Source of the DNA: Pristiophorus japonicus | Taxonomy: Eukaryota | Length of the DNA stretch: 64,000 bases | Direction of reading: 5' to 3' | NCBI RefSeq assembly: GCF_044704955.1 | Contig: NC_091998.1 | Span: forward strand, 44,516,001 to 44,580,000 | Part shown: positions 36,401-45,400 of the stretch, in pieces | How positions within the stretch are numbered: the first letter of the stretch is position 1 | Layout of the letters: each line of letters opens with the position of its first letter | Notes under the pieces: generated by a model | Databases searched by the model: none | The model's input: only the letters and a program-made list of their open reading frames with translations | What the model was told of the DNA's origin: nothing | Translations under genes and position numbers: made by a program

Positions 36401-39400
36401 GCATTCCTGGGTTAGCAGCTGTCACAGTGCTCACACTGTCGAGTTCAGATAGGAAAGGGTGAGGCCATAGAGGGATTTTAACATGAGGATGAACATTTTA
36501 AAATCAAGGTGTTGGTGGACAGCGTTCCAACGACAATGGTGGAAATTTTAGCAGTACTATATAAATCCAATATTTATTCTGTTACTTTCGTAGAAAATCA
36601 CCACGAAGAATGCCTTTGGTCTTCACCTGATTGATTACATGGCTGACCTCCTCAAAGAGAAGGAATCTGAACTCACCAGCTTCAAGGTTAGTAAGGCATA
36701 CAATACGCAAGATATTATTCAATTGATTCCTATAATATCTCCCCTGTGACTTTACTAGAGGGCCAGACAATTCCTTTCGGACTTCTGCAATTTCACAGTA
36801 GCCATGTAACTGACATGATCTCTTAGCTTACTATAGTTTGGATTACATCTCATTAATCATCTTCTGTTACTGATATGAAGGTAAAGTGCTTGAGATGTGC
36901 CCTGTTACTTTTTTTGTATTTAGTTCAGTGGATGTTAGAACATAAGAATTAGGATCAGGAGTAGGCCATTTGACCCCTCGAGACTGCTCCGCCATTCAAT
37001 GAGATCATGGCTGATCTTCGATCTCAACTCCACTTTCCTGCACTATCCCCATATCCCTTGATTCCCTTAATATCCAAAAATCTATTGATCTCTATCTTGA
37101 ATATACTCAATGACTGAACCTCCATAGCCCTCTGGGGGTAGAGAATTCCAAAGATTCACTACCCTCTGAGTGAAGAAGTTTCTCCTTATCTCAGTCCTAA
37201 ATGGCCGACTCCTTATTCTGAGACTGACCCCCTGGTTCTAGATTCCTCAGCCAGAGGAAACATTCTCCCTGCATTCTACCCTATCAAGCCCTGTAAGAAT
37301 TTTGTATCTTTCAGTGAGATCACCTCTCATTCTTCTAAACTCGAGGGAATATAGTCTTAGTCTACTCAATCTCTCCTCGTAGGACAATCCCCCTGTCCCA
37401 GGAATCAGTCTGGGATTTGTAATGTTAGTTATTACAAATCCTTTAGACACACGATTTTGGAGTCCAGTGTCCCAGCTCTTAAGCTAATAAAATGTTACAT
37501 CGGTAGAAATCCTTTGACTGCAACAACATGCAAGTCTTGAATGGGTTATAATTTATTCTGAATTTTCCCCACTGCAGTCTCTCTCTCAGTGATCCCTCCA
37601 CTTCTGCTCCAAAGCAGGGTCTTTTATCTGTCAAATTCACTGTCAACGTTCCACCTTGGTTTCACAGTTTCAGTTATGACCTAATGAGCAAGTTGTATTC
37701 TAGACCACAGCAGGTCGAGTCCACTTTTGAAATACAAAAGTATAAGAACCCCGGGTAAGAAAGAGGTAGGATAGATGACAGCCATTCCTAGGACCACAGT
37801 ACCAACAGTAAACCATTGACCGAGTCACAGTGTGCATCAGCGTCAAATGTCATGGTTTTTAGTACACTTCACCTGTTGTGGTTTTATCTTCAATATTTCA
37901 AGTACAAGAAATGGGAAATCTGACTAGGGAAGAAGCCCTGTGCCTCCAAAGAGAGGTCAAAGAGTAAGATACATGACTGAGGAAGCTGTTATTAACCAGC
38001 CATATTAAAAGTAGTAGTTATCCATCAACAAGGGGTGCAGATTAACATTGCAGTCAGAGGCACACCAGTCTGCAGTAATGCTCTTCAGTCCAGGACAGGT
38101 TTCTGGCCCATATTGGTCCTCAGCGTCTTGAACTACTTTATTCATAGGTTGTTGAAGATGGTAACCTTCAGGCCACCGGTTCAGTTAACTGAATGGATCT
38201 CTACAACTCAGTATAGTGTATTTTGGTTTGCCCCATTAAAGATTCTTGGAGTTTAATATAGTGAGAGTGAGCGACTGATGCAAAGGTCTGCCATTTGGCA
38301 TGACGTCAGTACCCAGATTGCAATGCTTGACAGTAAAGGCAGCTTTCTCGACACCTTCATCTCTTCCCATGCTTAGACAATTGGTTCAACTAATGGCTTT
38401 CCCAAAACTGCACAGTTCTGAGTGCTCCAGGAACGCTAGAATACCTTATAAATGACTCGAGCCATGTTGGAGCTCGCTTTAGCCGCATACGTATTCTTCG
38501 AATAGAAAAATGGGAGGTAATCTCATTGAAACATATAAGATACTGAGGGGGATTGGCAGGGTAGATGCTGTGAGGTTGTTTCTCCTGGCTGGAGAGTCTC
38601 GAACCAGGGGTCACAGTATCAGGATAAAGGGTCGTCCATTTAAGACTGAGATAAGGGGGAATTTCTTCACTCGAGGGTTGTGAATCTTTGGAATTCTCTA
38701 TTCCAAAGGGCTGTGGATGCTGAGTCTTTGAGTATATTCAAGGCTGAGATAGACAGATTTTTGGAGACTCAACAGCTATGGGGATCAGGTAGGAAAGTGG
38801 AGTTGATGTCGAAGATCAGCCATGATCTCATTGAATGGCAGAGCAGGCTTGAAGGGCTGTATGGCTTACTCCTGCTCCTAATTCTTATGTTCTAACAGCA
38901 AGCTGCTTATGTGTACAATGCGACTGCTCAAGCTACCCAACACTGATGCTTCATTTTTACTGGATATGGTCATATCAAAGTCTTAGAGGGACAATGTATT
39001 ATTTGTATAATGGTGTGTTTGTGCGTGGAGGTTGAACCTCAATCTATGGCTGTATGTACAGTAGGTAATTTAATCTATTTTGCTAATTGTTAACTGAAGT
39101 AACGTGTGTGCATCTCGACGATTTGTTAACCTGGTACTTTCTAACTGGTTACAGATGGCGGCTGGCACATTGGATGCTAGCACTAAGATCTATGCTGTGA
39201 GGGTGGATGCTGTTCATTCAGACGTGTTCAGGATCCTGGGGGGCTTGGGGAAGAACTCTGAAGAGCCGGGTGCAGGTGAGCAACTGCAATATTATATCTT
39301 CATTCTTGTTTAAAAGGCAAGTTTAGTTTTATTACTCCTCACCACTCTGGTGCATCATTAAATCACAAGTACAGCAGTTATAAGATGAGCAAAAAGTCCT

Positions 39401-42400
39401 ATCTTACAGTGAAATGCTAGATTGTTTTCCCTCCAGTTCCCTTGTATAAAAATATAAACATAGAATTGTGATTTAGGGAGCTGGGAAAGGCCTTGGTTTC
39501 CTTTTTTAATAAGTTTTCAATCCCTCTATGTTCCAACATACAATGGCTGTGCTTTCTCTGTCCAGAGCTAAACCCTGATTCTACTGATGCCGAGAACGCA
39601 AAAGGCTCTCAGAAACAACACAGAAAGAAGCACTCGTACAAAACCATTGAACAGAACTTGAGCAACATCACGTACGGAGCGAGTGACATGAAGTGTGAGG
39701 TGAGATTATTTTTCCTCTCTTGAAGGTGGCCATACGATTCAGCGGGCGCCAACAATCCCTCTGCGATTGAGCAAGTGACCGTTCTTCTTGTGTAATCCTT
39801 GACAATAAACAGGCTGTTCAACCATAGACTGCACCTCCCAAACCCACAACTCTACCACCTAGAGGACAAGGGCAGCAGGTGCATGGGAACACCACCACCT
39901 AAAAGTTCCCCTCCAAGTCACACACCATCCTGACTTGGAAGTATATCTCTGTTCCTTCATCGTTGCTGGGTCAAAATCCTGGAACTCCCTCCCTGACAGC
40001 CTTTTGGCTAAGATCATGCGTACCTGACCTGACAGGGGAGTAACCATGACCAGAAAGTGGTTCTCCCTGGATCAGGAAGGTGGTTCTCCTATGCTTTTTG
40101 GAAATAGGAGGTGGGTGGGGGGGCTTGACCCGTCCACCTCCATGGCACGAACCTGGTATTGCAGTACTTCCAGGAACGGTGCTTTGGCTCTAGGCCTTTT
40201 GGCTAAGAGCAAAAACATTGGCGCAGAGTGATCCTTGAATGGGCCCAAGGTGACCTTTGGCGTTTATGACCTGACAAGTTGATCTGACAAAGAATTGGAA
40301 AGATTGGCAACGAATAAAACATAAAAAATAAAAAATAAATCTGTTCTTATCAGTTGGCGTTTATGATCTGACAAGTTGATCTGAAAAAGAATTGGAAAGA
40401 TTGGCAACGAATAAAACATATTTAAAAAAAAAAAAATCTGTTCTTATCAGTTTAATATCCCCTATGGGGACATGATATTGAATTGATTTTTGGACAGGGA
40501 GCTGGATCAGGGGCATGCCCCGTCCACTCCATGCACCGACCTGGTATTGCAATATTTCCAGGAACGGTGCAACTTCGCCTCTCGGCCTTTTGGCCTAAGA
40601 TCAAATATATTGGCGCAAAGTGATCTTTGGCGTTAGAGTTGATCTGGAAAGAAATTGGACATAAAAAAAAAAATCTGTTCTTTCAGTTTAATGGAACAGG
40701 GGCTTGCCCTGTCCACTCCACGCACCGACCTGGTATTGCAGTGTTTCCAGGAACGGTGCAGCTTCCCCTCTCGGCCTTTTGGCTAAGATCAAGTGTAAAT
40801 AGCGCAAAGTGATCTTTGGCGCTGGAGTTGATCTGACAAGAATGAAAAAAAAATCTGTTCTTATCAGTTTAATATCCCCTATCTGGGGACCAAATATTAA
40901 ATAGATTTTTGGAACAGGGAGATGGAACAGGGGCTTGCTCCGTCCACTCCATGCTTCGACCTGGTATTGCAGTGTTTCCAGGAACGGTGCAGCTTCCCCT
41001 CTCGGCCTTTTGGCTAAGATCAAGTGTAGTAGCGCAAAGTGAGCTTTGGCGTGGATTTGAGCTGACAAGAATGAACATGAGAAAAAAAAAATAAGGACTG
41101 CCTGAGGTTTTGCTTGAAAGAGAGTGCTGGCTTTTTTCATGCATTGCTGCTGAACGGGAGTGCTGAGTGCTTTTGAAGTGTTGCTGCTCAATGGCACTCT
41201 CTGCGAATTGACTGATTGCAGAAACTCGTCTTTCCAGTTTGGCCACGTCTGGCTTTTTGGCTCGGGTCAAGCACCAATTGGGGAGAAGAAGAAATCTGCA
41301 TGTCGACCGACCAATGTGGTCCGCCAAGGTGCCGGACTGGCACCACGAAGGATTGAAGGCTTTGGCCAAAACACAAGCCCAAAGGAGGAATCTGCAACCC
41401 GGATGGCGGCCAACCGAGCGGCGAACCAGGGCGTCCGAAACACCATCCGAGTGACTGTAAAGAAAGTGGAAGGACAGACGATGATCAACCGGGACCTCTT
41501 CATGAAGAAAATCCTGCTTGAAACCTGTGGCATGAAAGTCGCGTATGTCTTCGCCTTGCAGGACATCCGGAAGAGAGGTTACTTTGATGTAACCTTCAGA
41601 AACGTCACCTAATGCCTGAAATTCCTGAAGGGATTGAAGGAGGCGAGTGAACCACTGCGGTCAGTGCTGACTTGGGAACCACTGTTCACCCTCCCGTTGC
41701 AGAGGAAATAATGCACATGTACAACCCCCACATCCCGGTCATTGATGTGCTGACGTTCCTCACCAGGTATATCGATGGGGCAGGAAACAGCATCGACCTG
41801 AAAGACTTCCACGGGATTTGGACCAGCAAGCGCCAGATCCAGGTCACCATGAAAGTGGACGCCAGCGGAACCATCATGCACCCCCCCACCAGCTTCGCAA
41901 CCGGAGGAAGTCGGGGCTACATGGTGTATGCCGGACAACCCAATGTGTGCCGAACCTGCGGGAAAGCAGGCCACGTGGCGGCAAGCTGCAAAGCAATCAT
42001 TTGCCGCAACTGCAAGAAGGAAGGACACCAGATAAAGGACTGTAAAGAGAGCAAGTGTGATCAGGCTGGACATCTGTACCAGGCCTGCCCCAAGCGGAAT
42101 TTCAGTTATGCGCAGGCGGCAAAGAACATGGTGACATGTGAGGAGAAAGCTGAGGAGTGCAACGCCCAAGAGGAGACCGACACCTCCCTCCCCTCCAAGA
42201 CACCGTACGAACAAGCCACTGCCCTAGTCGACACTGACCAGGAGGAGGAAGGAAAGTCTGCCACGGCAAGCCGCCAGACACTAGCACCCAGCAGTGAAAC
42301 TCCCCCCCCCCCCCCCCCCCCCACCCCCGAGACACCGAGTCCATGGAAGAGGAGGGATCTGAAGCAGAAGGAAAACAGGAATGGCAGCTCGTCGAGAAGA

Positions 42401-45400
42401 AGGCGGCCCGCAAGTCAAAGGAAAAGGGACCGCCTGCAGAAACGAGAGGCAAAAAACGGCTACTGTCCACGACGGACAGCAGTGGCTACAGCTCATCCGA
42501 TGATGAGGGGCGAGGCAAAAGCCCCCACTACCACCAGCAGAAGAAGAGGCAAAACGCCAATGCGACCAGTGCAGTCCAGCTCCGGGACCCCGGGAGCAGT
42601 GAAGTCACCAATGCACATCTGCTCTGGATTTCTGGGAGCAACGAAGCAACAGATGAAACCCAGCTCTGGATTTCCAGGAGCGAAGAAGCAACCGATGCAA
42701 CCCCGCTCCGGATCTCTGGGAGCGACGAAGCGACAGATGCACCCCAGCTCTAGAACGCTGTGAGCGACGACACCACAGGGGATGCACACAAGGAACAACC
42801 AACACCAGGTGAGGGCAGCCCAGTTGACATGGAGGACTCCCCGTCCACACTGCTCGTGTCCCCTTGTCGAACCATCCCCAAGGCAGAGGACAACCCATAT
42901 CTCAGCCAAGGTGCAGTAGAAAAGTTTAAAGTTAACCTATGTATACGGGAACAGGTCACAGGGCCAAAGGACTGAGTGTTCGAAATGTAATTTTTGGATT
43001 GTAATCACCAATTTAAAAATGGGTTTAAAGATTGCATCCATTAATGTGCGTAGCATTAAGACAACTACGCGATGTGTTTCCACCTTGGGGTACCTCGCCA
43101 AGGTCAAGGCAGACCTGCTATTCTTGCAGGAGCTGCCGCACTTCAGCAGTTACCGGCAGTGGTTGCAATGGTGGTCCCACGGACCATCCGTCTGGTCAGG
43201 AGGCAACGATTGCCGTTCCTCCGGCCTGGGCATTCTCCTGCGGGAGGCCACTTTACCATCACCGAAGTTAAGGAGGTGATGGGTGGCTGCCTCCTCATAG
43301 CAGATGTATTGTATAAAAATGTTCCTCTAAGGCTAATTAACGTGTATGCCTCGCCTCTCAGAAGCGAGCGGCTGGCCCTCCTCCAGCAGCTCCCACTGCT
43401 GCTGGGGACATCCAGACCGGTCGTTCTGGGCGGTGATTTCAACTGCATCATCGATGCGGCTGGACGATCCAGCAGAACCGACAGCAAACTGGACACCACA
43501 TCCAAACTCCTGATGGACGTGGTAAAAGATGGCAAGCTGTGCGACGTCTTCAGCAACCCTGCAGATGGAGCACCGCGCAGATACACCTGGTCGAGACCAG
43601 ACTGGTCCGTCCATTCCAGAATAGACTTCCTGTTTGTGTCCCACATGCTCAAGGTCAGATCCACCGACGTCATGCCAGTGTTCTTCTCTGACCACTGCCA
43701 CCTACTGGCCGACTGCCTCCCACAGGAAGACCAGAAAGTTGGCAGGGGGATATGGAAGCTCAACGTGAAACTGTTGACCCCGGAAAATGTTGAGGAACTC
43801 TAGGGATTACAAAGGTTTGGGAACCGTAAAACCCCTCTAAGATTCTCCGATGCACTGGTGGGAAACAATCAAGACAAACGTCAAGAGGTTCTTCATCCTC
43901 AAAGGTGTTCAGGAGGTGAGAGGGAGACAGAGGGAATTGTCCCAACTCCAGAAGAGTATGCAAAACCTGCTCCTGCTGCAGTCGATGGGGATCGATGTTG
44001 CAGAGGAACTCCAAGAGGTGAAGGGCCAGCAAGTCTCGCTCTTTGCCTCAGAATCCTCCAAAATCATTTTCCACTCCAGAGTCCGCTCCGTCGAGCAGGA
44101 TGAGACGTGTTCGCGTTTCTTCTTCCAAAAGGTACACTGGGAGCTCTGTGATCAGCAGCCGAAAGGAAGAAGATGGTTCTGTGACGTCTTCACAGCCCGA
44201 CATGCTGAGGATCAGCAAATCCTTCTATGCCGGGCTGTACAACGTCAAGCCCACAGACCGCGCGGCCTCCCTGTCTTTCCTGTCGTCTATCTCAGAGGTC
44301 TTAGACGACAGCGAGCGGGAGAGTCTGGACCACCCGCTAACTCTGGACGAGATGACAAAGGCCATCCGGTCCTTTGCGAAGAGTAAAACTCCCGGAAGCG
44401 ACGGCTTACCGGTCGAGTTGTATTCGGCTCTGTGGCACTGGATGGGCCCAGACCTGCTGGAAGTGTACTGGGGTATGCTTCTGGCCGGCAACATGTCAGA
44501 ATCAATGAGGAAAGGCATCATCACCCTCATCTACAAGCAGAAGGGGGAGAGGGAGGAAATCAAAAACTGGCGGCCCATCTCGCTGCTCAATGTGGATTAC
44601 AAGATCCTGTCAAAGGTCATTGCAAACAGGGTCAAGTCTGCTCTGGAGCTGGTGATCCACCCGGACCAGACCTGCGCTGTTCCCGGCAGGAAGATCTCTG
44701 ATAGCCTCGCTCTACTCAGGGATACAATCGCCTACATGCGGGACAGGAGGGTGGACACCTGTTTAATCAGCCTGGACCAGGAGAAGGCCTTTGACAGGAT
44801 ATCGCACACGTACCTGATGGACGTGCTCTCCAAGATGGGGTTTGGGGAGGATATCCGCAATTGGATCCATCTGCTCTACACAGACATCAGTAGCACAGTT
44901 CTAATCAACTGGTGGGAAACTGAAAGCTGTCCCCTCTCCTCTGTCTTGTTTATGTGCTTTATCGAGCCCTTTGCCGAGTCCATCAGGAAGGATGTGAGCA
45001 TTAGAGGGGTGACGATTCCAGGCAGCAGAGGCGCTCAGGTCAAGACCTCCCTGTACATGGATGACGTCACCGTCTTTTGCTCGGATCCGCAGTCGGTCCG
45101 CAGATTGCTCACGATCTGCGACCAGTTTGATCTGTGGCCTCGGGAGCGAAGGTCAATCGCAGCAAAAGCGAGGCCATGTTCTTTGGCAACTGGGCCGACC
45201 GATCCTTTATTCCCTTCACTGTTAAACCAGATTACCTGAAGGTGTTGGGAATATGGTTCGGAGCGGACGGGGCGTGCTCCAAAAACTGGGAAGAGCGTAT
45301 TGCCAAAGTGAAACAAAAACTAGGATGATGGAAGCTGCGTTCCCTCTTCATCGCAGGAAAGAACCTGGTCATCAGGAGTGAGTTGCTCTTGGTGTTGTTG

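Noticed and set aside
39999-41091. Functional U2 snRNA gene cluster
   Set aside because: Every copy is interrupted or deleted, and copies abut with no room for PSE or 3' box
39999-41091. CRISPR-like repeat-spacer array
   Set aside because: Eukaryotic locus; repeats are snRNA-derived, the spacers are homologous to one another, and there are no cas genes
41403-42975. Host ZCCHC3 gene
   Set aside because: Premature stop and frameshifts, and directly followed by APE-RT ORF2; it is a LINE ORF1
43143-43763. 206-aa minus-strand ORF and similar ORFs across 41600-46300
   Set aside because: Antisense shadows of the GC-rich Tx1 ORFs
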